A stretch of 64,000 nt of DNA from Chiloscyllium plagiosum (lineage: Eukaryota). The notes under the pieces are model-generated. The model made no database searches, was not told the origin of the DNA, and was given only the letters and a program-made list of their open reading frames with translations. Location: positions 4,657,021 through 4,721,020 of the forward strand of contig NC_057718.1 in the NCBI RefSeq assembly GCF_004010195.1, given 5' to 3'. The position numbers were made by a program, and so were the translations under genes. Positions 12,661 through 24,009 of the stretch are shown here, one piece after another; position 1 is the first letter of the stretch, and every line of letters starts with the position of its first letter.

Positions 12661-14670
12661 ACATTTGGAATGAAATCGGATTATCAGTGGTAGGTAACAT
12701 GGTTTTGTGCAGGGAAGTGCATGTCTTACAAACCTGATAGAATTCTTTGAGGAAGTGGCAAAGTTGATTGATGTGGCAAGGACTCTTGATGTCATATACA
12801 TGGGCTTTAGTAAGGCATTTGATAACGTTCCCCATGGTAGGCTGATGGAAAAGGTGAAGTCACATGGGGTCCAGGGTGTTCTAGCTGGATGGATAGAGAA
12901 CAGGCAGGGCGACAGGAGACAGAGAGTAATAATGGAAGGGAGTTTCTCAAAATGGAGACCTGTGACCAGTGATGTTCCACAGGAATCGGTGCTCGGACCA
13001 TTGTTGTTTGTGATGTATATAAATGATTTAGAGTCATAGAGTCATCAAGATGTACAGCACGGGAACAGACCCTTCGATCCAACCCGTCCATGCTGACCAA
13101 ATATCCCAACCCAATCTAGTCCCACCTGCCAGCACCTGGCCCATATCCCTCCAAACCCTTCCTGTTCATATACTCATCCAAACGCCTTTTAAATGTTGCA
13201 ATTGTTAACAGCCTCCACCACTTCCTCTGGCAGCTCATTCCATACACATACCACCCTCTGCGTGAAAAAGTTGCGCCTTAGGTTTCTTTTATGTCTTTGC
13301 CCTCTCACCCTAAACCTATGCCCTCTAGTTCTGGATTCCCCGACCCCAGGGAAAAAGACTTTGTCTATTTATCCTATCCATGCCCCTCATAATTATTTAA
13401 ACCTCTGTAAGGTCACCCCCTCAGCCCAGCCAATTCAGCCTCTTTCTATAGCTCAATTCCTCCAACCCTGGCAACATCCTTGTAAATCTTTTCTGAACCC
13501 TTTCAGGTTTCACAACATCTTTCCGGTAGGAAGGAGACCAGAATTGCACACAAAATTCCAACACTGGCCTAACCAATGTCCTGTACAGCCTTGGAGGAAG
13601 GTATAGGGGATCTGATTAGCACATTTGCGAATGACACTGAGATTGGTGGACCAACAGACAGTGAAGGGGACTGTCAGAGAATGCAGCAGAATATAGATAG
13701 ATTGGAGAGTTGGGCAGAGAAATGGCTGATGGGCTTCAACCCAGGCAAATGTGAGGTGATGCATTTGGAAGATCCAATTATGAGTGAACTATACAATAAA
13801 TGGAAAAGTCCTTGGGAAATTGAGTACAGAGCGATCTGGATGTTCAGATACATTGTTCCCTGAAAGTGGCAACGCATGTTGATGGAGTGGTCTCGAAGGT
13901 ATACGGCATGCTTGCCTTCATCGGATGGGATATTGAGTACAAGAATTGGTAGGTCATATGACAGTTGTATAAGCATTTGGTTCGGCCACATTTGGAATAC
14001 TGCATATTCCGAGTGACGATTCCTCCCCTATAGACCCCTCTCCCAGTGCCACTCCCTCCCCTGTAGACCCCTCTCCCAGTGCCACTCCCTCCCCTGTAGA
14101 CCCCTCTCCCAGTGCCTCTCCCTCCCCTGTAGACCCCTATCCCAGTGCCACTCCCTCCACATGACCAGAAGGAAGTGGGTGCTTTGGAGAGGGTGCAGAG
14201 AAGGTTCACCAGGATGTTGCCTGGTATATAAGGCGTGAGCTGTGAAGAGAGGTTGAATACATTGGGATCATTTTCATTAGAAAGACAGAGGTTAAGGGGA
14301 ACCTTATTGAGGTCTACAAAATCATGAGAGGTATAGACAGCGTGAATAGCAAGAAGCTTTCCTCCCAGACTGGGGCACTGAATTATTAGAGGTCACGAGT
14401 TCAAAGTGAGAGGGGAAAAGTTTAGGGGAGATATGTGCGGAAAGTTGTTTACGCGGAGTGTGGTGGGGACCTGGAACGCGTTGCCAGTGGAGGTGGTAGA
14501 GGCGGGCAGTATAGTGTGATTTAAGATGTATCTAGACAGATACATGAATGGGCAGGGAGCAGAGGGACACAGATCCTTAGAAAATAGGTGACAGATTTAG
14601 ATAAAAGGTCTGGATCGGCCTAGGCTTGGAGGGTCGAAGGGCCTGTTCCTGTGCTGTAATGTTCTTTGAT
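12661..14670 (+). mobile_element. 5'-truncated CR1 LINE with a nested antisense CR1 3' fragment (~13031-13590) and a minisatellite insertion
   Basis: RT motifs (CLTNLIEFFEEV, FSKAFD, VPQESVLGP, FANDT) and a CR1 3' tail. An inverted piece starts at agagtcatagagtc. Confidence 0.9.
14006..14158 (+). repeat. 30-bp minisatellite (cctcccctgtagacccctctcccagtgccact)n, ~4.5 units
   Basis: Tandem units read directly; it is the reverse complement of the array at 14697-14875. Confidence 0.92.
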
Positions 14671-14696
14671 TTTTATTCGTTGTTCTAGGGAAGCAA

Positions 14697-14875
14697 GTGG
14701 CACTGGCAGAGGGGGCTACAGAGGAGGGAGCGGCACTGGGATAGGGGTCTACAGGGGAGGGAGCGGCACTGGGATAGGGGTCTACAGGGGAGGGAGCGGC
14801 ACTGGGATAGGAGTCTACAGGGGAGGGAACGGCACTGGGATAGGGGTCTACAGGGGAGGAATCGTCAATCGGAGT
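14697..14875 (-). repeat. 30-bp minisatellite (ggcactgggataggggtctacaggggagggagc)n, ~5.5 units
   Basis: Tandem units read directly; the + strand is G-rich. Confidence 0.92.
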
Positions 14876-15689
14876 GGGGTGGGCAGGGAGGGAGAGGTAC
14901 TGGGAGAAGGCAGAGTGGGGAAATCTAAACCACCAATCCCATGGCATTTCTTTTCTCCTGGAACGTTCTACACTTGTCTCCATTGCAATCACATCCTTCT
15001 GATAGCTTGGGGACCAGAACGACACACAGACCTCCAACTGTGGATCAACCACTGTTTGATAAAGTTCCAATAGGAATTCCCTACTCCAACATTCTCCACT
15101 CCAGTTAGTGAAGGCAAGCAGCCCATGTGCCTTCTTCCCCACTCTGTCCACCTGTGCTGACACCTTCAGGGAACCCTGGACTAAGGTCCCTTTGTTCCTC
15201 AGTATTCCCGAGGGACCTACCATTCATTGCGTATGTCCTTCCCTTATTGGACCTCCCAGAATGCATCACTTCACTGTATTAAGTATCAACTCCATCTGCC
15301 ATCGCTCTGCCCAAATTGTCAACTGATCAACCTGAGATTGTAGACTGAGACCCAAGATTAGAGTGGTGCTGGTAAAGCACAGCTGGTCAGGCAGCATCTG
15401 AGGAGCAGGAAAAACGACATTTCGGGCAAAAACCCTTCATCAGGATAGTCTACACTGCAATGTGCTGTTTGCATATGAGTGAAATGAATGTTGATGTTCT
15501 GAAGGTTAAAAACATATTGCACCTTGTTGTGTAAATGCCCAGTATCGACCAACTGTTGTGGCCAAATTGTAAAAATAAAGCTTATGGCCATCTTCATATT
15601 GAAGAGAAAAAAAGGGATGGAGTGGGAATTGAGATCCCCATCCCACATTATGCTCCCTTTTCCCATTCTCTGAGCTGAGGCTCTGAGTG

Positions 15690-16095
15690 TTACACATACT
15701 CAGCTTATGACAGCACCTTTCACCACAGACCATCCCAAACTGCTTCACAGACAGTGATGGTCTTCGACTCACTGCTGTTAAGGAAAAGCAGCAGGCAGTC
15801 TGTGCACAGCAAGATCCCACAAAGTGGTGGGATCATGACCAGATAATATCTTTCTATCACATCCAGGACCCTACAGGCATTCTTCAAATTACTGCCCCAG
15901 GACCTGGAAGCTGTCAGGGAAGATGGGCCCTCAGTTTCATAACATGTCCAACTATTGGCACCTCTGACAGTGTAGCATTCCTTCAGTGTCGCACTGAACT
16001 GTCAGTGTTTTTGATTCCTGTGTTTCAGATCTCAGAGTGGCTCTTGAACACACAACTGCTCGACTTTGCCATGCCAGTGTGTCCCACTGAGCTGC
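15690..16095 (-). mobile_element. DeuSINE (SacSINE1/AmnSINE-like); the copy-A counterpart is split by CR1 (~2990-3162 and 7140-7245)
   Basis: Recognisable blocks gcacagcaagatcccacaaa and ggcacctctgacagtg..gcactgaactgtcag, plus a tRNA-like head cttgaac.cacaac..cccactgagc. Confidence 0.55.
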
Positions 16096-16294
16096 AGCTC
16101 AGCTCTGAGGGGGAGCTCTCTGAGCTCTGACTCAGCTGCTGTGAGAACAAGACCCCCAGTCCAGAGTCTGGAGCTCACAATCCAGGACAGCCCTGAGGGA
16201 GGGTTGTGTTGTTGGAGAGAAGCTCTTTGAGATGGGATAGAAAACCCAAAGCCCTTCTACACTCTCACTGAATGTGGGTTTTTCACAATTCAGC

Positions 16295-16528
16295 TTGACT
16301 CAAAGCTCCAACCCGCAGATGGAAGCAGAGAGCAGGAGAAAGGCACTGAGAAAATATCATGTGGTTTCCTGGAATACAGAGGGGAATCTGAAATTCGTAC
16401 CGTGCTCAGAAACATGTTACTTGCTTCAAACAGAAAAGGTGAAGCTGATAAAGAAGACAGCAGCACTGAGAGGGAGAAAGCAGCAGGGAAAACACCAACA
16501 CTGGGAGAGGGTCCGAGAGGGAGTAAGC
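16295..16528 (+). promoter_or_regulatory. Putative interferon-responsive promoter / first exon, copy 3
   Basis: Nearly identical to 7445-7678. GAS TTCCTGGAA at 16366-16374 and the same donor-like gtaagc. Confidence 0.45.
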
Positions 16529-17174
16529 AACAGCAACAACAACATTGTGCATTGACATAGCGCTATTAGCACAATCACTCTTCCCAAGCTGCTTCACTGG
16601 CGCACGATCTAACATGAGAGCGAGCCATGTCAGGAGATAATAGGTTTGATACATACAAGGTTTGATCAAAGGGCAGGCCTGTCAGAAGGGGTACAAAACA
16701 GGAAAGTGAGTAACAGAGGGAAAGGGATAAGGAGTGAATTTTAGAGTTTAAGGATGAGGCAAGTGAACTGTTAGTGGAGCAAATCACAACGGGGGGGGGG
16801 GGGGGAAACGGGGTGCAATGGAGGCCGGAGTAAAAGATTGCAGAGAATTCTGAGGGCTGTGGGGGTTTAGGAGATTACAGAGGAAATGAGGGAAAAGGCT
16901 ATTTAGGGATTTGAAAATCAAGATGAAAATACAATGATGAAGATCCTGCTTTACCAGGAGCGAAACTAAATCAGTGAGCTCAGGGGTTAAAGTGACAAAG
17001 GGACTTTCCCAGAGTGTTTTCTAACCTGTCTTTGTAAGCAGCCCTGTGTCCCCTCGAAATGTCTCCTCTCTTCCTGCCACTGCCCTCCATCGGCCTGTTC
17101 AAACTTCTGAGAGTCTCCACAATGAAACTGTCATTGGTGAATCTCTATTTCATTTTTAAATATGTTAACACAGA

Positions 17175-17830
17175 CGAGTCAATGGCCCAGTGATATTATC
17201 ACTAGACCTATTAATCCAGAAACTCAGCTAATGTTCTGGGGAGCTGAAAATGTGTTGCTGGAAAAGCGCAGCAGGTCAGGCAGCATCCAGGGAACAGGAG
17301 AATCGACGTTTCGGGCATAAGCCCTTCTTCAGGAAATGTTCTGGAGATCTGAGTTCAAATCTTGCTATGGCGGATGATTGAATTTAAATTCAATAAATAA
17401 TCTAGAATTAAGAGTTGCCTGATGACAATGAAACCATTGTCAATTGTCAGGAAAAGTCCATCTGGTCCATTGATGCCTTTTCAGGAAGAAATCTGCCATC
17501 CTTACCTGGTCTTGCCTATGTGTGACTCCAGACCCACAGTAATGAGACTGATTCTGAACTGCTGTTAGAAAGCACCTTCCAAACCCACAGTCACTTCCCC
17601 TCCCAATCACTCACCATCCTGACTTGGAAATATTTCATCGTTCCTTCACTGTCACTGGGTCAAAATCCTGGAATTCCCACCCTAAGGGAATTGTGAGTCG
17701 ATTTGCAGCACGTGGACTGCAGTGATTCAAGAAGGCAGCTCACCTGCATCATCTCAAGGGGCTCTTAGGGATGGGCAATAAATACTGGCCCAGCCAGTGC
17801 CACCCACTATCTCATGAGTGAATAAAAGAA
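17175..17830 (+). mobile_element. tRNA-like SINE/LINE-tail repeat of a second family (other copies ~34735-35080 -, ~59520-59880 -, ~62570-62745 -, ~63850-64000 -)
   Basis: Shared blocks tattaatccaga..aatgttctgggga..gttcaaatc, tgtgactccagacccacag and aagaaggcagctcacc..gggcaataaat. Confidence 0.7.
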
Positions 17831-18152
17831 ACAAATCCAAGTCTCCATAAGGCTACAATTGTATTTCAATTTCCTTTAATTTGCACTGTTAGTCAACTCT
17901 TTCTTATACAAAAAAGCTTATTGTGTTGAGATACAAAGCCTTTCTGCTTATCTTGATGACATTTTTTCATCATTCTAATTTTTGTTTGTACTGTGATCCT
18001 TTTTGTCTCTCACCCTTGGTTCCCCGACTGTCCCCTGTACTTTCATCTTACTGTTCTTTCATATATAACTGTTCTTGTTTCTACTTCCCTTGTCATTGTG
18101 CCTTATCATTTAAACCCGTCCCAACCTCACTTGCAAATTTTACCCTTGGACA

Positions 18153-19310
18153 GAGTCATAGAGTTGTACAGCACGGAAACAGACCCTTCGGTCCAACCTG
18201 TCCATGCCGACCAGATATCCCAACCTAATCGAGTCCAACCTGCCAGCACCCAGCCCATATTTCTCCAAACCCTTCCTATTCATACACCCATCCAAATGTC
18301 TTTAAATGTTGCAATTGCACTAGCCCCCCACCACTTCCTCTGGCAGCTCATTCCATACACGTACCATCCTCTGTGTGAAAACGTTGCCCCTTAGGTCTCT
18401 TTTATATCTTTCCCCTCTCACCCTAAACCTATGCCCTTTAGTTCTGGACTCCACAACCCCAGGGAAAAGACTTTATCTATTTACCCTATCCATGCCCTTC
18501 ATGATTTTATAAACCTCTATAAGGTCACCCCTCAGCCTCCGATGCTCCAGAGAAANNNNNNNNNNNNNNNNNNNNNNNNNNNNNNNNNNNNNNNNNNNNN
18601 NNNNNNNNNNNNNNNNNNNNNNAAAGCATACCAAATGCCTTCTTTACTATCCTATCTACCTGCGACTCTACTTTCAAGGAGCTCTGAACCTGTACTCCAA
18701 GGTGTCTTTGTTCAGCAACACTCCCTAGGACCTTACCATTAAGTGTTTAAGTCCTGCTAAGATTTGCTTTCCCAAAATGGAGCACCTCGCATTTCTCTAA
18801 ATTAAACTCCATCTGCCACTTCTCAGCCCCTTGGCCCATCTGGTCCAGATCCTGTTGTAATCTGAGGTAACCTTCTTTGCTGTCCATTATACCTCCAATT
18901 TTGGTGTCATCTGCAAACTTACTAACTATTCTTCCCTGGCTTGTCCTTACCACCCTTCTTAAAAATGGCACCATGTTAGCCACCCTCCAATCTTCAGGCA
19001 CCTCACCTGTGACTATCGATGATACAAATATCTCAGCAAGAGGCCCAGCAATCACTTCCCTAGCTTCCCAAGGAGTTCTAGGGTACACCTGATCAGGTTC
19101 TGGGGATTTATCCACCTTTATGCATTTCAAGATATCCAGCACTTCCTCTTCTGTAATATGCACATTTTTCAAGGTGTCACCATCTATTTCCATGTCCTTT
19201 TCCACAATACTTCCTGATGCAGGCTACCCGTTTAATATCTGCCCTATCTCCTGTGGCTCCACACAAAGGCCGCCTTGCTGATCTTTGGGGGGCCCATCCC
19301 CTCCCTACGA
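18153..19310 (-). mobile_element. CR1 LINE 3' portion with an internal deletion
   Basis: Minus-strand ORF DKSPEPD..VPEDWRVAN jumps directly to VSKFADDTKIGG. The 3' tail lies at 18153. Confidence 0.88.
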
Positions 19311-19436
19311 CGGACGGACGGACGGATTCCCTACAGTGTGGAAGCAGGCCCTTCGGCCCAACAAGTCCACACTGACCCTCTGAAGAGTAACCCACCCAGA
19401 CACATTTCCCTCTGACTAATGCACCTAACACTATGG

Positions 19437-22372
19437 AAAGGTAGGAGAGGGAGACAGGCCATGCAGGAATCTCCTGTGGCTATCCCCATCTCAAACAAGT
19501 ATTGTTTTGGAAAACGTAGGGGGTGATGGACTCTCAGGGGTATGTAGCATGAACAAACAAGTTTCTGATACCGAGACAGGCTGTAATGTAATGAGGGGTA
19601 TGTCAGGTCCCAAGCGAGTGATTGTGGTAGTCAGACATTTCTGCAGCCACAGCGAGAAATAAGAATGGTGTGATGTTTCCCTGGTACCAGGATCAAGGAT
19701 ATCTCGGAGAGAGTGCAGAATGGTCTCAAAGGAGAGATGGATTGGGGGGTGGGGGGATTGTACACTTTGGAACTAATGACATAGGAAGGGAAAAGGATGA
19801 GATTCTGAAAGGAGAATATAGGAAGTTAGGCAGAAATTTAAAAATGTGGTCCTCGAGGGTAGTAATATCTGGATTACTCCTGGTGCTATGAGCTAGTGAG
19901 GGTAGGATTAGGAGGATAGAGCAGATAAATGTGGGGCTGATATGCTGGTGCAGGGGAGAAGGATTCACATATTTGGATCGTTGGACTCTCTTCAGGGGTA
20001 GAAGTGACCTGTACAAGAAGGATGGATTGCACCTGAATTAGAAGGGACTAAAATTCTGGCAGGGAGATTTGCTAGAGCTGCTCAGGAGGATTTAAACTAG
20101 TAAGGTGGGGGAGACCAGGGAGATAATGAGGAAAGAGATCAGTCTGAGACTGGTACAGTTGGGAAAAGGAGCAAGTTAAGCAGTCAGGGCAGGCAGGAAT
20201 AAACCAGAAAACAAGTTGGACTGATGAAATAAATGCAGTTGAATTTAATGCAAGAGGCTGAACAGGTCAGGCAAATGAACTCGGGGCACGGTTAGGAACA
20301 TGGGACAGGGATATCATAGCAATTACAGAAATGTGGCTCAGGGATGGACAGGACTTGTAGCTTAATGTTCCAGACACAAATGCTAGTGGGGGACCAGAGA
20401 GGAGGGAGAGTGGCATTTTTGATAAGGGATAGCATTACTGCTGTCTTTAGATTCGATTCCCTACAGTGTGGCAATAGGTCCTTCGGCCCAACCAGTCCAC
20501 ACCGACTCTCCAGAGAGTAACCCACCCAGACCCATTTCCCTCTGTCTAATGCACCTAACACTATGAGCAATTTAGCATGGCCATTTCACCTGACCTGCAC
20601 ATCTTTGGACTGTGGGAGGAAACTGGAGCACCCAGAGGAAACCCATGCAGACATAGACAGTCGTCTGAGGCTTCAATCGAACCTGGGGCCCTGGTGCTGT
20701 GAGGCAGCAGTGCTAACCACTGAGCCACTGTGCCGCCCCTTTAGGGAGAATATTCCTGGGAATATGTCCAGGAAGGTCATTTGGGTGGAACTGAGAAATA
20801 AGAAAAGGATGATTATTTTATTGGGATTGCTCTATAGTCCCCTAATAGTCAGCAGGAAATTGAGAAACAAGTTTGTAAGTCAAAAGGTGTGGCACTGGAA
20901 AAGCACAGCAGGTCAGACAGCATCCGAGGAGCAGGAGAGTGGGTATTTCAGGCATAAGCCCCACATCAGGAATGTGGTGGGGGGAAGGTGGCTGGGAAGC
21001 GATAGGGAAATGCAGGTAAGGGGTGATTGTGACAGGTCAGAGTGGAGGGTGGAGCGGATCAGTGGGACGGAAAATGGATAGTTAGGACAGGTCAAGAAGT
21101 CGTTTCTGAGTTGGATGTTTGGATCTGGGATGAGGTGGGGGGAGGGGAGATAAGAAAACTGGTGAAATCGACATTGATGGCATGTGATACAAACAAATTT
21201 ATACGGCAATGTCAGTTATCTGTAAGAGTAGTAGGGTGGGTATGGGAGGGGACTTGAATTTTCTCAATATAGACTGGGATTGCCACAATGTTAGGGGCTT
21301 GGATGGAGAGGAATTTGTTCAGTGTGTACAAGAAAATTCTCTGATTCAGTCTGTGGCTGTATCTACTAGGGAATGTGCAAAACCTGACCTACTTTTGGGA
21401 AACAAGGCAGGGCAGGTGACTGAGGTGTCAGTGGGAGAGCATTTTGGGGCCAGTGACCACAATCCTATTAGATTTAAAATAGTGATGGAAAAGGATAAAC
21501 TGGAACTAAAAGTTAAAGTTATAAATTGGAGGAAGGACAATTTTTGCGGTATTAGGCAAGAACTTTCAAAACTTGATCAGAGGCAGGTGTTCACACGTAA
21601 AGGGATGGCTGGAAAATGGAAAGTCTTCAGAAATGAGATAACGAGAGTCCAGAGACAGTATATTCCTGTTAGGGTGAAAGGAAAGGCTAGTAGGTGTAGG
21701 GAATGCTGGATGACTAGAGAAACTGAGGCTCTGGTAAAGAATAAGAAGGAAACATATGTCAGTTATAGACAGTTGAGATTGAGTGAATCCCTGCAAGAAT
21801 ATGAAAGCCTTAGGAATATCCTTAAGAGGGAAGTCAGGAGGGCAAAAAGGGGACATGAGGTAGCTTTGGCAAGTTGAGTTAAGGAGAATCCAAAGGGATT
21901 CTATAAATACATTAAATACAAAAGAGTAACTCAGGAGAGAATAGGACCCCTCAAAGATCAGCAAGGCAGTTGATGTGTGATGGGAAGATGGAGATGGGAA
22001 GTTACCAAATGAATATTTTGCATCAGTGTTTACTGTGGAGAAGGACATGGAAGATAGAGAAAGTGAGGAAATAAATAGTGACATCTTGAAGAATGTCCAT
22101 AATATGGAGGAGGAGGCACATCAAGATGATTAAATCCCCAGAACCTGATCAGGCGCACTCTAGAACTCTGTGGGAAGCTAGGGAAGTGTTGCTGGGCCCC
22201 TCGCTGAGATATCTGTATCATTGATACCCACAGCTGAGGTGCCTGAAGACTGGAGGGTGGCTAACATAGTGCCACTATTTAAGAAAGGTGGTAAAGAAAA
22301 CCCAGGGAACTTTAGACTGGTGAGCCTGACATCAGTGGTGGGTAAGTTGTGGGAGGGAATTCTGATGGACAG
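19437..22372 (+). mobile_element. Decayed CR1 LINE (ORF1 esterase to ORF2 endonuclease/tether), interrupted by an HE1 SINE (~20447-20740, -) and a Penelope fragment (~20878-21185)
   Basis: HFGTNDIG, GDLNFLNIDW, GEHFGASDHN and WMTRE motifs. Confidence 0.88.
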
Positions 22373-22559
22373 AACAACAGTTGATTAACTTACTTTAGAC
22401 GTTAGAAAAATTAATATGGACGTGCTAGATATGTTACTAATGACTATAATTTTTTTATTTAAACACTTTATTATACTGTGTATAGTATAAGTCTTGATTC
22501 TATACCCTCTGTATAGGTCAGGAAATGTGAATAGGCAGTAAATCTAATTTGAAAGAAAA

Positions 22560-23800
22560 CTTGTGAGAAAGTGTTAATTACTAATTGAAGAATGGAAGGA
22601 TAAAGCCAATATTAAATGGAGAGATACCTTGCTGGCCAATTGGAGGAATAATGCATGTGCTGGGGGGAATAGACATGTGGTCAACAGATGTAACTCCCAA
22701 AAGCTGGGAGATGTTAAAACCTGAGTGTGAATGTGTAGGTAGGAGGCAAAAATGGGATCAGGAGAAACACTGTAAGGACTCTAAACCTGAGGAAGATTAA
22801 AAAAAACTTGAAGCAACAGCAGTGTCATAATAATCTAAGTTCTACTCGGGCTCCTGAGCCTATGTCTGGCATACCATCCCCATTTAAGGAAGGGGATGAC
22901 ACGGATAGGGATGAGGATAGGGGATTTTATCCCAGGATACCCACTGAGCCCTGAACATCTTCTGACAGTCCCCAGCATACACCCCTGATTCTAGACCCCC
23001 CACCATTACTCTGAAGATGAAGGGTTCGGTATCGGTTACCAGCTTCATAGCCGACATCATGGGGATGAGCAGCCTGGACCATCCTCAACCAAGGGCTGTC
23101 CCAGTTAACAGAGTAATGATAATGAACCAAATCCCTGGCCGCATGGAGAAACCAGCCCTATTTGCTCAAGATGTCCTAAGGATAATACAGATGGTTAATG
23201 CCACTCTTCAGGACCTGTTTGCTCTTTGCTGCATGATCCTACCCCCTGAAGAAGTTACCAAGAGGCAAGGACAGATGGTGGGCCAGGGTGGTACAGGGCC
23301 TGTCCGCATTTGCAAGAACTTGAGTTTCCCTAACAATGATGCCCAGTTGGCACCACTTATTCCAGTTGTTAGAATGAGCCTTACAACAATTGGTAAACAT
23401 TAGTGACGTACAGGAATGCAAACCCAAAGCTGGGGAGGCGTGAGGTGAGGACTGGGAACAGTTTGTTGCCTGTTACGGAGCATTTGCAGTCATCAAGCCT
23501 TTAATCGAGAGGCTGACTCACCTTTGCTTAACGATGTGCTTTTGCAATGTGTTCCTTCTGGTGTTGCTGACATGATCCGGACAAACAATATGAACTAGTC
23601 TAAGAATTCCCAGTCGCAAATGAGGTGAGCAGTGGTCTTCTACTGGGATGGCCAGAATAAACACAAACCATGATCCAAGTTACAGGTAAAAAACGAATAT
23701 ATCCAGCGACCTCGCGGTCCCAATATGCCATGTGCCAGTCCCGATGGGGTTGAATAGGACTGGGATACCCAATAGGGGTGGAACATGTCTCAGATGCCAC
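22560..23800 (+). pseudogene. gag: ERV gag remnant (capsid)
   Basis: KPALFAQDVLRIIQMVNATLQDLFALCCMILPPEE resembles gammaretroviral CA (PTWDDCQQLL..LLTGEE). An MHR-like VNISDVQECKPKAGEA*GEDWEQF follows at ~23395-23465. Stops and frameshifts are present. Confidence 0.7.
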
Positions 23801-24009
23801 CACTACTGAGTAACACTTTCCCAAGGGGACACTGGTAAGTGGGACAGACAGGCCCCAGTACTACACCTTTGGGACTAGGAAAGATTCGGCAAGATCCCCT
23901 CTGGGATGAATGGCAGGTCCTGGCTTTAACTGTGGGAGATATGGCTGCTGGACAGCGAAGAAACCTTCTCATTACCATGGAACTACTGCAGGGATCAACA
24001 TGCTTGCAT

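Larger units (their letters stand above)
14950..17146 (+). repeat. Segmental duplication copy B (uninterrupted at the CR1 site)
   Basis: Reads through ...agataatatctttctat|cacatcc at 15857, where copy A has the CR1 5' end. Homology ends at gtgaatctct (17146). Confidence 0.93.

Noticed and set aside
13844..15223. Repetitive ORFs (GGSGTGIGVYR)n and (PVDPYPSAAPS)n as structural proteins, or the arrays as CRISPR
   Set aside because: They are translations of a 30-bp minisatellite embedded in CR1 debris. There are no unique spacers, and the context is vertebrate.
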